A stretch of DNA of 59,219 nucleotides, the filler included, from Jimgerdemannia flammicorona (lineage: Eukaryota), in the NCBI GenBank assembly GCA_003990765.1. It is 2 parts of 2 records of this genome, joined end to end, with 100 filler letters (N's around TTAATTAATTAA, not from the genome) between each part and the next. Parts side by side here need not be neighbours in the genome. Positions count along the whole stretch, not along the records: positions 1 to 29,565 come from RBNJ01000486.1; 1 more part is not named here. One strand, given 5' to 3'. A program made the position numbers and the translations under genes. Positions 1-12,199 of this stretch are shown here, in pieces. Each line of letters starts with the position of its first letter. Position 1 is the first letter of the stretch. Below the pieces are notes generated by a model. That model ran no database searches and was not told the DNA's origin. It worked only from the letters and a program-made list of their open reading frames with translations.

Positions 1-153
1 TTTTTGAAGTTGGTTTCTTTTTTGTACTGGCATCTGTAAAAGATGAAGATTGGCTAAAGCTAGTGTATAATAATGAATGTAATGAATAGGAATAGGAGGG
101 ACAGGCGGTTAACGACCATCCCATTCGGCCCAAATAGGGTTTAAAGTACGATT

Positions 154-2745
154 TCAGTTTTCAATTGGCTGGGTTTCGCGCCTGAGCCATTCAAGTGCCA
201 GGCTGCCCTCTTCGAGGAGCGGGCCGACCTTGGAGAGACACTCGGCATGGTACGTGTTCACCCATTCGCGTTCTTCGCGAGAGAGCAGGTGGACGTCGAT
301 GAGGTTCAGGCCGATGGGGACCAGAGTGACGTGCTCGAAGCCGAGGTAACCACGGTCGCCAAAATTATTGCGCAGCTGCACGTCCTTAACGAGCAGCACG
401 TTCTCAATGCGGATGCCGAAGTTGCCATCCTCATAGTAGCCGGGTTCTATTATGAACGTTAATGGAATAACAATTGTGCTCAGAAGCTTTGTTACACAGA
501 ATCGAAGGAATTCGTAATACGTAATAATTCGCAATGACATAAAACTATATCTAAGCCTTCTCTGCCCACACACGCAGCGAGACAGCAAGACATACGTACC
601 ATCCGTAACCGTCATACCAGCCTGCAAAGGCGTCTGGTTGAACGAAACGCGAGTCCCAATACCATGTGGGCCCTCGTGTACGTTGAGGAAAGCGCCGACG
701 CCGTGGCCGGTGCCATGACGAAAATCCAAGCCATCTTTCCAGAGAGCAGCACGTGCGAAAGGATCAAGGAGGTAACCTGCGATGATATACAAATGTGTGA
801 GCAAAACGGAGGGAAAACAACGTCACTTTTCTCGCGAAAAGATCATTGTATGGAAACATGGCGGCTATATTCGCAACGCACAACACATTGGGGGGGGGGG
901 GGTACATACCACTGGTACCTTTCGGAAACGTTGCCGCATCTATCGCGATATGACCCTGCAACACGCGCGTGAAGCACCTCTTCTCATGTGCTGTGGGCTC
1001 CCCAAAATGATACGTACGAGTCACGTCTGTTGTGCCATCCTTGTATTGACCGCCAGAGTCGCACAGATAAATCAACTTCGGATCGATCGTTTTAGCAGTA
1101 GGCTTGTGCGGCGAATAATGGATGATGGCACCGTTGGGACCCGTAGACGAGATGGTATCAAAAGAGAGCCCAATGAAGTCAGCCTGCTGTGCGCGGAGAC
1201 CCGCGAGGTAGTTGGCGGCGTCAACCTCGTCGAGGACGGCGCCGGAGTTGAGTTGAGCCTCGAGCCATGCGAAGTAGTGGTATAGGGCAACAGCGTCGCG
1301 GAGATGTGATTGACGCATGCCTTCGAGCTCGACTTCGTTCTTGATGGCTTTGGAATCGGTAATGAAGGAGCGGACTTCTTCGACGTTTTCCTGGTCGGAC
1401 GAGAATAGTAAAATAAGGTCATGGCGTATACACAGACGATGCGAGATGTGGACCAAGCCTCCCCCATGTAAAATTTTTTCCGAATGGATACAAACTTTGC
1501 CAGCAGCGTCTTGAAGCGCCAAGCTGGTCTTGGGATTAATCAGTAATTTCTGTTGACGAGAGACCAAACATCGTATCAGCGATCGACAAAGACCACAATA
1601 ATAAAGAAATCCCCACAAAAAAAAAAAAAAAGAAGAAAAAAAAAAAAAACCCCAAAAAAAAAAAAAAAAAGAAGAAAAAAAAAAAAATCGAGCAAACCCC
1701 AAAAATCGGTCCGTCTCTCATATCAAACCGCAACTCACCTGTTTCGCCTCCCTCAAACCCTCGTTTATGATGTTCAGATCCTCAAATATTTGTCGATATG
1801 GTTTGAGTACGACCTCGGGGCCCAGGTGCTTATGCACCTCATCCGTAAGCTTAACATCGTCCACATAAAGGGTGGCCTTGTTATTGGTTACAACTGCGTA
1901 CGCGAAGAAAACGGGGTTGCACTCAACGTCCGATCCGCGGAGGTTGAAGAGCCATGCGATCTCATCGAGCGCAGAGACAATAACACCATGGGCGTTACGG
2001 CGCGCGAGCTCTTCGCGAAGGGACGCGAGCTTTTCCAAGTGGGATTTTCCTAATGAAGTGGGAGGATGTCAAAGATGCGTTGAGAATTGAATGACGGCAG
2101 GAACAAGCATGCTAGCACTTTGGTACCCGCCAAAAAAAAAAAAAAAAAAAAAAAACACCAGCATATTTTAAAGGATGCACGACAACTGGGTTCTTCGGCG
2201 GGACAGGCTTCTCGTCACCCCAGACAATGTCAACTAAGTTTTTCTCGATAGGGGCCAGGACGGAGCCCACGGCACTGAGCGAGTCGGTTAGAGTGCACGC
2301 GTCAGCTGGAAGGGTGCACATCATATTACGCAAGGTAAATATTAGTGCCTGATCCGGTGAGCGTGGCGTCCACAAACTGACGATTAATAAGATCACATAC
2401 CGACGGTTATCAAGGTGGAGTCAATGCCGACGCGGGAGCCCGAGGGAAGAGCCTGATATGGCAAAAACATCGATGCGAAAATGTTTGATGCGTAGTTTAT
2501 ACCTTCGGCCCCATTTTTTCGACAGCCTCTCAACTGGTCACAACCTCATTCCGACCACTTTCCTTTCCCTACTCAGATATTGTATAAGCTGACCTTGACG
2601 ACGTACTCCTGCCATGTAGGTACGTCTGGCAACCCTTGCTTCATCAGCGTCCAGTTGGAGTCGAGCTGCTGCGAGGCCTGGAGGAAGTAGCGCCCATCGG
2701 TGAAGAGTGCAGCATCGGTGAGGGTCACAACCACGCAGCCTAGTG

Positions 2746-2787
<42 letters not shown>

Positions 2788-3356
2788 TTGATGGATACAG
2801 ATGGAAAATTCACGAAAAAGGAATATATCAGCATCGGTGGCTAACGTGGAGAAACAATTACCGGCAGACCCGTCAAACCCTGAGATAAAGGCACGGCGTT
2901 TGTCGGTCTCGGCAATATATTCACTCTGCGTGTTGCGAAGGCAATATGCGGGGGGTTTGATCAGAATGCCATGGATCAAATACTGGTGGTGGTTAAATTT
3001 GTGGGTATGTATGTGACCAAGCGAATAATTTACCTGGTGAGCATCCTCAGACGGAACGATGCTATGTGAGAACCGAGAATTTAATCAGCCTGTCGCGCCT
3101 CCAAAGGAGTATGCCACCAACCCTTTTCCTTCACTTCCTCCTTCCAACTCCACGCGGTTCCAGCAGCCAAGAAATAGCAAGATACGTACAAGGCGTGGAC
3201 GTTGATCTCGGGGCTTGCCATGAGTTCCCTCAACCTTGCCACGCGTTTGGTTGTGTTGACAGCAGTTACCATGTTGTGGGTGTTGCGGAGTCGGGGTCGG
3301 ATAAAGAGGTTGAAGGCGAGGAGAGCGTGGGAAGGTCTCCTCCAGACAAGGTTCAT
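154..3356 (-). CDS. ampp: Xaa-Pro aminopeptidase P (peptidase M24B, XPNPEP1-like), 11 exons
   Basis: Exons joined by eye at GT..AG: 3190-3356 (or from ATG 3272), 3034-3061, 2862-2925, 2594-2739, 2401-2452, 2159-2305, 1739-2049, 1496-1549, 910-1390, 600-776, 154-446. This gives an open 611-aa frame from ATG 3272. Motifs: [95 protein letters not shown]. Confidence 0.95.
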
Positions 3357-3835
3357 AAGGATGAACAGCGTGACAGACAGTCACTTGTGGCTTTACCAGA
3401 CATACATATAACCCGTGAATTATTATACATTAATGTCACTAACTGTTTATGACGTCCCTTCAATTGCTCTGGTCCGATAGGAGATAATTAATCCATCTAG
3501 GCGAAACACATTACTTTTTTTTTTTACTTAGTTTCTTTATTTAATTTTATTATAAATTCCTTTATTATAAGAGATAATTTTGTTATGTTTTATAATATTT
3601 AAATTAAAGTAGCCTATTATCGATCAATTTCTGGTGTCGTCACCGCCAAAGCTACAAATGATATTTCTCTTGTCGTGGCGCTGCATATTCCAGATTACAA
3701 GCATCAGATTTCGGCATTTCGTGCATTCAGGCAAAGAAGCGGGGTCACTTTTTAGCCTTGACAGGTTGCTTTATCCGGCGAATCTATAAACCTCAATTCT
3801 GTAGAGTCAGAATTTTCATTTTATTATGTTACGTC

Positions 3836-4030
3836 AGATTTTGGCGCCAGTCATAACCTTCTTAAAAAGGAAATAACCATATAATAAAATAACGATTGAG
3901 GCAGATGCGGACGGACGATTGAGGCGGACGCAGACGGGTGATTGAGGCGGACGCGGGCAGACGATTATAAATAAATTGATAGTAAGTTTCCATCCCAATC
4001 ATCTGTCTCAATCATCCATCCGCAACGATG
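3836..4030. repeat. Dispersed CpG-rich repeat, short copy (GACGATTGAGGC modules)
   Basis: CAGATTTTGGCGCCAGTCA..CTTCTTAAAA..GGAAAT followed by GACGATTGAGGC modules recurs at ~29726-30000. Confidence 0.7.
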
Positions 4031-5474
4031 GACGCGCAAAATCCAACAATGTTAGCTTCGGATAGTATGGGTTTGCTGGTTAAGCATTCCTCAGACCAAA
4101 GTTTGAACTTGTTTTCTCTTCCACTAGGTTTTTGGAAGTGCTCATACCTCCTCTGGGGTGTCTAGCTGAGATGCATAATAGAACACAAGTCAAGAGGATG
4201 ATATTGACCACTTCTCATAATGTCTGGCTAAAGGATCCCTGTGTCATTCAGGAGAATTTGCAATGAGATGAATGTTGACAAAAGTATTACTGGCTTATGA
4301 AATATATTAAAGGTCAGTATTCTAGTATTTTGATAAAATACTAAGAAATCTTATATAGTATGTTCCAAAACTGAATCAATGTTTTATTAAATTTTATATT
4401 TGAATTATTTAAATAAAAATACTCTATATAAATATATTTTATATTATAATATAATATATTTTTATATTAAAAATATTTAAAAATAATAAATTTATTATTT
4501 TATCTTTAAAAAAAATTCTAAATTTTTTTTTTATTGATTTAGTTTTGAAATAAAAATATTTATAAATATTATTTATTTAATAGATAGACAATAAATTGAG
4601 ATATATATTTAAAACTTATTATAGTTATTCTTTTAATATTTCTCTATAATCTTATATAATTTATTTTTAAAATCTTATTTATTTTATCTTTTAAAAAAAT
4701 AATAAAAAAACTGTTTTAAATATATAAATATATATAATATATTATTAATATGCTGAATTCAAACATTAAAGTAATAATATTTTGTCTAAAGAAGACTATT
4801 TAAGTATACTTTCTACTCATAATAAATTATAATTTATTTATTAAATAGATTAGTTATAGTTTGAGATTATATAAATTATTATAGTATTAAATATATATAA
4901 GAATAATAGGAGAATAAATAGATGCTATATAGAATAGACTAAATTAGGTAACTAGAAGTATATAGTATCCTCCAAGAAAACAAAAATCAATTATTTTGGA
5001 TTTTACATATGTATGATATATGCCTTTTTCTGTCATTTTCAAATTTTAGTCAATTAATGTTATATGACTTTATTTTGTATCTTTGATTTAATTTTATAGT
5101 ATCTTAGATATTTGAAATAATAATAATATACTGTTTGAGTATTTACAGTCAGTTTAAAGTAGTTTTGTAGTATTTTTAATATGAAAAAAGTTATGTGATA
5201 TCAATTGACTATAAAATTTGAAGATGATAGAAAAAAACAGATATTATATATAGAATAATTGATTTTTGTTTTATTAAAGGATACTATATACTTTTAGTCA
5301 CCTAATATTAGTCTATTCTATACAATATCTATTTATTCTTCTGTTATTCTTATATATTGTGATATATACAATTGACAATAGAGTACCAGTAACTGCTAAG
5401 ATCAGATGACATAATGGCATGACAATCAAATAGACAGCCTGACCTATTAGGTGATCATCCCAAAAGAAGACAAG

Positions 5475-6116
5475 ATGATCCAAGCCAAAATGAAGACCAC
5501 GTTATTTAAGGAACCATACTCCACCTCAGGGATCGGCACCAAAGAACCAAGTACCCACTACATAATGCCTCCCATTCGCCGATCCAACCAGACCTCCTGC
5601 CGCTCTACCCCTTTGCCTGGCCCAAAGACTCTGATCTTTGAAGCTATCAAGAAGGCCATCTGGTATCCTGATACTTCCAAACACTTGAACTTCTACACTG
5701 AGGACCTTGGACACTTCATCAACTACTGGTATATAATGACCCAACAGCTCAAAGACTCTACTGAACAAATGACCCTCTGGCATGACTACGAAATCGGACA
5801 CCGCCTTCGCAATAAGACTCAAGAAGACGACCAGGAAGACCTCATTGCTGAAATGTTAACCACTAGCCAGCTAATCAAGAGAGCCCTCTGTGTCCACCAA
5901 ATCTTCCGCCATATTCCCTGGACTATAGCATACTTGCAAGGAGTAATAGCTGGCAGCCTCTCCCGCCTTTCAACTGAAGATGCTGACTGGATAGAATCTG
6001 AAGTAGCCAATGCTATTGGCAGCAACTGCATCGCTATAGGAAGCCAACAAACCGAACCTACTCAGCCAGGTTTCCACACCACCCCACTCTCCGAGACAAC
6101 CATCAAGGTCACCTAA
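5475..6116 (+). CDS. LTR-encoded accessory protein of unknown function (family X), intact frame
   Basis: Open frame containing DLGHFINY..WHDYEIGHRL..EDLIAE..ALCVHQIFRH..IAYLQGV. Homologous to ORFs at 27614, 32471, 44703 and 47963. The true start could be ATG 5475 or 5565. Confidence 0.65.
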   Translation: MIQAKMKTTLFKEPYSTSGIGTKEPSTHYIMPPIRRSNQTSCRSTPLPGPKTLIFEAIKKAIWYPDTSKHLNFYTEDLGHFINYWYIMTQQLKDSTEQMTLWHDYEIGHRLRNKTQEDDQEDLIAEMLTTSQLIKRALCVHQIFRHIPWTIAYLQGVIAGSLSRLSTEDADWIESEVANAIGSNCIAIGSQQTEPTQPGFHTTPLSETTIKVT

Positions 6117-6457
6117 TGAGTCTTATGGAGATATTTGAAGGACCACCCATTACTATAGAAGCACCCATTGGAGCTACCCCAACCACCCACCACCTTGTTA
6201 GCCACAATTCACATCTCATTATTTGGGAACTGAATCAAGAAGAAGCCCAAGAAGTTCCTGTCTTTGAAGAGGAGGCCCAAGAACTCCAAGGCCCTGCCTC
6301 TGAAGAAACCCCCTCTGACACTGAAACTGACGAGTCTTCAGAAGAAGAAGAGGAGCAACAGAGAGTCTACCAGTCCTCTGTCCACATTCAAGCAGTTCAG
6401 GGATTGGAAAATATTGTTGAAGATGACTGGCCACTTTTCTACCCCCTCACCTCTTAG
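6116..6457 (+). CDS. Small acidic ORF overlapping the family X stop (TAATG)
   Basis: 113 aa, Glu/Asp-rich. It may be a frameshifted acidic tail of family X; element F carries an acidic tail in frame. Confidence 0.35.
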   Translation: MSLMEIFEGPPITIEAPIGATPTTHHLVSHNSHLIIWELNQEEAQEVPVFEEEAQELQGPASEETPSDTETDESSEEEEEQQRVYQSSVHIQAVQGLENIVEDDWPLFYPLTS

Positions 6458-6604
6458 CCGGCACTTCCCCCCTTTGAGGAGAGATATGATGAAGAAGAAA
6501 TCACAACCCAGCAAGATTTGCCTACCGCGGACGAAGGGTACTATTCTCTCTAGAGTACCGCCCATCAGCCATGAGAACCCAGCTTTTGTCAGTAAGTCTA
6601 TTCC

Positions 6605-6860
6605 CAGTGTTGCTACCCAGTACTACCATTTTCAGCATTTTTGTCAACAGGTCCGAATTCAGCATTGCCACCCTCCACAACTGTTTCTGGCAACAATCAT
6701 CATATATCATGTCAGCTCATCTGAATTCAGTGTTGCTACCCAGTACCACCGTTTTCAGCATTTTTGTCAGCAGGTCCAAATTCAGTATTGCCACCCTCCA
6801 CAACTGCTTCTGGCAACAATCAGCATTCATGTCAGCTCATCCGAATCCAGTGTTGCTATC
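6605..6860 (+). repeat. ~120-bp tandem duplication in solo LTR U3
   Basis: Units start CAGTGTTGCTA at 6605, 6728 and 6848 (partial). Confidence 0.9.
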
Positions 6861-8219
6861 CCCTACAACCCAATCTGTAGTAAATAATAGCCTGCACCTC
6901 GCATCGTGCAAACCAATAACATAAGTTCACCACAACGTAGTATACCTTAGCTTTAGTCGCACCCCCCCTCCCCCATAGCTAGCAAACTTGTATAAATAAC
7001 CCATATTCTTAGAGTGAATAAAGCCTCAGTCAGACAGTTTTACAGAGAAAACACACTGCCTCCAAGAGACCAGAAAAATTCTGAGAACAAGATAACAACC
7101 TAGAGCAACAGATCGCTCAGAAGTTTGAGTTAAAGAATTTTCTCTTGCTACAGAAAGAAAATGTTACCCGACTACCGCCATTCGGACCGCCGCCATTCGA
7201 CCACCATTCGAGACCTGAGACCCAGCCAAGAATTCAAGACTACAACTGCCATGCATTCAGACTGCCATTCGGACCGCGCATTCGACTGCCATTCAAGATT
7301 CAAGACCCGGAAACCCAAGGATACCCAGCCAAAGGACACTAGACCGCCAAAGACCGACCCACTAGCCTACACGAACGACTGCCAGGAATCTTTCAAGTTA
7401 ACCAAGATGGATGAGCGAGCCATCAATCTCCATTTTCCTGCTGTTATCAATTACTACACGAATCGAACAACCTGTCATATGACCATCGACCCGTGAATGT
7501 CACCAATGCCTTCAGATATACATCGCACACTTCGCCAAGTGGCACATTGAGCCGTGCCAGAAGAGAGATAGGGATACAAACCCGACGCCACAATATATTT
7601 AATATTATAATAATTGATATAATCTCAAACTATAACTAATCTATTTAATAAATCAATTATAATTTATTATAAGTAGAAAGTATACTTAAATAGTCTTCTT
7701 TGGATAAAATATTATTACTTTAATATTTGAATTCAGTATATTAATAATATATTATATATATATATATATTTAAAAAGAGTTTTTTTTATTATTTTTTAAA
7801 AAGATAAAATAAATAAGATTTTAAAAAATAAATTATATGAGATTATAGAGAAATATTAAAAGAATAACTATAATAAATTTTAAATTTATATCTCAATTTA
7901 TTGTCTGTCTATTAAATAAAGAATATTTATAAATAATTTTATTCTAAAATTAAACTAATAAATTTTTTTTTAGAATTTTTTTTAAAAATAAAATAAAAAT
8001 TTAATAAAATATTAATTTAGTTTTGAAATATATAGTACTAATATTTTTTTTAGATCTATTGCTCAAAATAATATAATTAAGATATTTAATCTAATTTTGA
8101 TAAAATTTGTACTTACTTATTTTTATATAGAGCTAGTATTTTTATAATAGTATCAATATACTCTTAAGATAGATATAGTATAGTATAATTATCTTACTAT
8201 AGATTAGGATAATTATATG

Positions 8220-10810
8220 ACCTTTCTCTAGTAATATTTGGAGTATATAAACTTCTAGCAACACTCAAGATATCATTTTTGGAGAATAGGTATAAGTAAT
8301 ATAATAACCAATGAGTATTTCAAGATATATACTGAGTAGGACAACTCTAGTATATTTGACTAGTAGTATGTGGAGAGAAGTCATAGCTTGGGGGAGAGTA
8401 TGTGAAACTTACTAACTAGAGAATATAGAAGAGGAGGAGGTGGTACTAAGAGACAGAAGATGGGGAGGATGAACTTTGTAGATAAGATAAAGGAGGAATA
8501 TTTATCAACTAAATTGGAGAGTTGGCTGAGAAAGAGCAAGGAGATGATGAGGGCTATAAGATCTGATGGAGTAGTTCTTAGTAGTGAGAGCAGTAGGGCG
8601 GAGTAGTGACTAGAAAGAGTAAGACTGCTGATAGCAAGAGAACTACTAATCTGGAAAAAAAATTCAAATATAATAGTTAATGATAGATCTGAATAGAGAG
8701 GGGGCATAAGATCTAGAGATCTGATAGATAGTATAATAGACCTGATAGTAGCACTATTACTCAAGAAATCAAGATCAGAATTTACTATCATATTATATTT
8801 CTAAGACTTGGTAGTGATAGTAAGAATAATTCTGAGACTTCTGATCTAGAAGGAGAAGAAAGCAGTCTCAGTGAAATTTTTAAAGAGTCTGAAAGAGGTG
8901 AAGGTAGGCTTTGAGAAGAAGGATATACTGTTAGAAGTAATGAAGAAGAGAGTAGTAGTGGGGGGAGTGGTGATCTCTATGGCCCAGTACTTAATTGAGA
9001 CCTCTGAGTAGTATAGCTAATAGTATTAGATATTTCTATAGTATTGAAGAAGATAGCCAAAGGGTTGATTATAGAGGTCATCAAGGAGTATAAGGAGATC
9101 ATAGATATTGAGTTTTGGATCTAGGAAGATACAGAGTTCAGGATAAGCAATGTGGATATCAAAGTATAGCTAGTGAGTAAGGAGAATATAGAGAAAGCAA
9201 GAGACTAGCCAGCAGTCCTCAAATGAAAATCTGTAAAGTATAAGATCTCAAGAGTAAAAGAGATATTAGAGGAAGAAGAGGACTTACTAGAGATATTAGA
9301 GGATCAGGCTAGGGTCATAGAGAGGAGAAGATTGGTCTGGAGATCAAGATAGTAGTAAAGATCATAAATAGCAAGAAGGTGTGGCTGGATCAGACAGCCT
9401 GAGAGAGGATGTAGAAGAGGTATATTCAGAAGGATCTATTGGCTAAGTTGAGAGGAGGAGAGGCCAGAGAGACCACTATTGGAGAAGTTGGATCAAGGGT
9501 GAGTATCTGAGTAGAGGAGAAGAAAGCAATACCAGAAGAGACCTCAGGTAGGGGGGGAGGCTCAGAGCTGAGTGTAATTGTAGAGGATGAGGAGATGGTA
9601 GAGGGGAAGTACCCTCAGTATAGAGTATCAGATAGGGCTAGAGGAGATAACAAACTATAGGATATACTGAAGGAGGATTGGGACAAGTCAGTGAGAAGAA
9701 ATGTAGAGAGTGGATAGGTGGAAGGGAGAGAGAGAGTAGTCCAAAGAGTAGAAGAGACTGTGGATGAAGAGAAGTAACTATAGATACCTTTCTCTAATAA
9801 TATTTGGATTATATAAACTTCTAACAATACTCAAGATATCATTTTTAGAAAAAAGGTACTAGTAATATAGTAATCAATGAGCATTCTAAGATATATGCTA
9901 AACAGGATGGCCCTAGTGCATTTGACTAGTAGTATGTAGAAAGAAGTCATAACTTGGGGAGAAGCATAAGGGGCTTGCTGGCTAGAGGATATAGTAGGAG
10001 AGGAGGCAGTACTGAGGACCAGAAGATAGAGAGGATGAGCTTTATAAATAAGGTGAAGAGAAATTGACTGATGATGACAACTGGGCTAGAGAGCTGGTTA
10101 AAGAAGGGTAAAGAGATAGTGAGAACTGCAGGTTCTGAGAGAGTGGCCTATAGAGGCAAAGGCAGCAGAGCTGGAAAAGTAGTAGCTAGAGAGAATAGGA
10201 CAGCTAATGGCAAGAAAACTACTAATCTGAAAAAAAAATCCAGATGTGATAGTTAATTAATGGTAGATCTGAACAGGAGGGGGACATGAGATCTGAGGAT
10301 CTGGCAGATGATATGACAGGACTGGTAGTGGTACTATTACTCAAAAAATTGAGGTCAGAATTCACTATCATATTGTGCTTCTGAGACTTAGTAATAATGA
10401 TAAGAATGATTCTGAGACTTCTGATCTAAGAGATGAAGGGGACCACTTCAGTGAAGTTTTTGAGGAGACTGGAAGGGGTAGAGGTCAGCTTTGAGAAGAA
10501 AGAGATGCTGTTGGAGGTGATAGAGAAGAGAGTAATAGTAAGAGGGGTGGTGATTCCTATGGTCCAGTACTTGTATTGAAATCCACAAGTAGTATAGTTG
10601 ACAGTACTAGATATGTCTATAATGGTAAAGAAAATGACCAGAGAGTTAATCATAGAGGCTGTCAAGAAGTATGGAGAGATTATAGATATTGAGTTTAAAG
10701 TTTAAGAGAGTACTAAATTCTAGACTAAAGATATAGATATCAGAGTATAGCTGGTAGATGAGGAGAATATGGAGAAGATAAGGAACTGGTTGGCAGTTCT
10801 TAAGTAAGGA
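8220..10810. repeat. Degenerate partial tandem duplication of an unidentified element (period ~1566 bp)
   Basis: ~8220-9222 aligns with ~9786-10802 (ACCTTTCTCTA..ATATTTGGA..GCAGTYCTYAA). Purine-rich on plus and CpG-free. Confidence 0.8.
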
Positions 10811-11418
10811 CTAGTGATATAATAGAACAAATGAGTAAACAGATAAGATGCAATGAGTGATCACATAATCCAGCAATGATATTATTATATGATTGAGCAC
10901 AATATATATATGATATTATGAATGATAAATATAATAAATAATACAAATGATATAAAAAATAATATCCAGCTTACTCTCAGCAATTAGTACTACAGCAACT
11001 ATTACTACAGTAGCTGATTATTATCTAATAATTGAGGTCCTAATCATAAAGTGTTTTTTGCCACAAATTATCTGATAAAGATCATAATCACAAACCTCAC
11101 TATAGTTACCAAATTTAGTCACTCATACTTAGTTAGAAATCATAGACCAACTTGTATAAATACTCTCAGTTTCTATCTAAAATAAAGTAGTTTTAGTTCA
11201 GTCCTTGATATAAGAATCAAGTCCTCCCTCCACACATACATTTCCCCTAAGTCTTAATAATGACATCTAAGTAACTTTAATATTTCTGACTAAACTCCAG
11301 AAGTCTAATTAACTTCTGCCAGAACTAAGACCAGTATACAAATTATAAAAGACTTAAGTAAACTCATTGAATCTAAATTCTAAGGCAAATTTAGTCTGTA
11401 TATAGCAAAGAATAAGAC

Positions 11419-11871
11419 TGTAACAGTTCTAGTTTCTTTAAGAGGAAGTGGCTAAATCTGGAAGTTCTGATTGGTCTAAAGTAGCTCAAAGAGATACTTA
11501 AAGATTCAAGTATTCTCAAAGAATTTCTAGGAGAAAATATTCTGAGCTTTATTTAGGTAGAGAATAAGGATATTTATATATGATCTAAAAGAAAGATCTG
11601 GAAAGAAAGAGAAATGCTAAGAAATAGGTTTTTGATAAAGCTGACTAATATTATTCTACAATGTTCTAAAAGGTTCCATAACTAGCTAAGATAAGATACT
11701 TGGTGCCAAAGAAAGACAAGAATGTTCTAGTAGTGTCTGGGTACTGAGAGAAGGTTTCTAAGCAAGTAGAAGGTGATGGAACATAGTAGAATATTCAAGA
11801 AATGTCAAGAAAAGACTAACTAAAAGATACAAAAATATACTAAGACTAAATATGACTGTGAAATTGTTATA
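11419..11871 (-). repeat. 3' LTR of element B
   Basis: Direct repeat of 17047-17510; differences are mostly transitions. Confidence 0.93.
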
Positions 11872-12199
11872 TCCCTCTCTTCTTAAGAATTAACATCCTT
11901 ATTGAGTTTTTAGATAAAACAAGACTAAATATACTTAACCAAAATTTCTCAAACTTATATTAGTATATTGGTGGGGATTGGCCATTCTCATATAGGGCAG
12001 AGGGTCTATTACCAGACTAACCAACTGGGAGGGGTTCAAATCCAGCTAGTAGCCTCATTTTGGTGGACTTCTTATTCATTAAATATTCTGCTGATTCTGG
12101 GGTCCCAAAGTAAACTTCCAATATATAAGGTACTGATCATTACTATAGGTTGTCAATAATTCAAGAAAGTCACTATAGGGATTGGACAATATATTTTAC

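Larger units (their letters stand above)
5358..7592 (+). mobile_element. Large (2235 bp) solo LTR 'A' carrying ORFs
   Basis: TGT..ACA termini, 4-bp TSD ATAT, TATAAATA (~6991) and AATAAA (~7017), no gag/pol. The layout matches the LTRs of elements C and F. Confidence 0.8.
4495..7996. mobile_element. AT-rich foldback/MITE-like element with ~570-bp inverted arms, right arm split by a solo LTR
   Basis: ~4495-5070 is the reverse complement of ~5188-5357 plus ~7597-7996, with a ~120-bp spacer. Removing 5358-7592 and one ATAT restores TTCTTATATATATTTAATA, identical to the left arm. Confidence 0.8.

Noticed and set aside
1536..2979. Poly-Phe and poly-Lys ORFs
   Set aside because: Read-through of intronic A/T homopolymers in the aminopeptidase gene.
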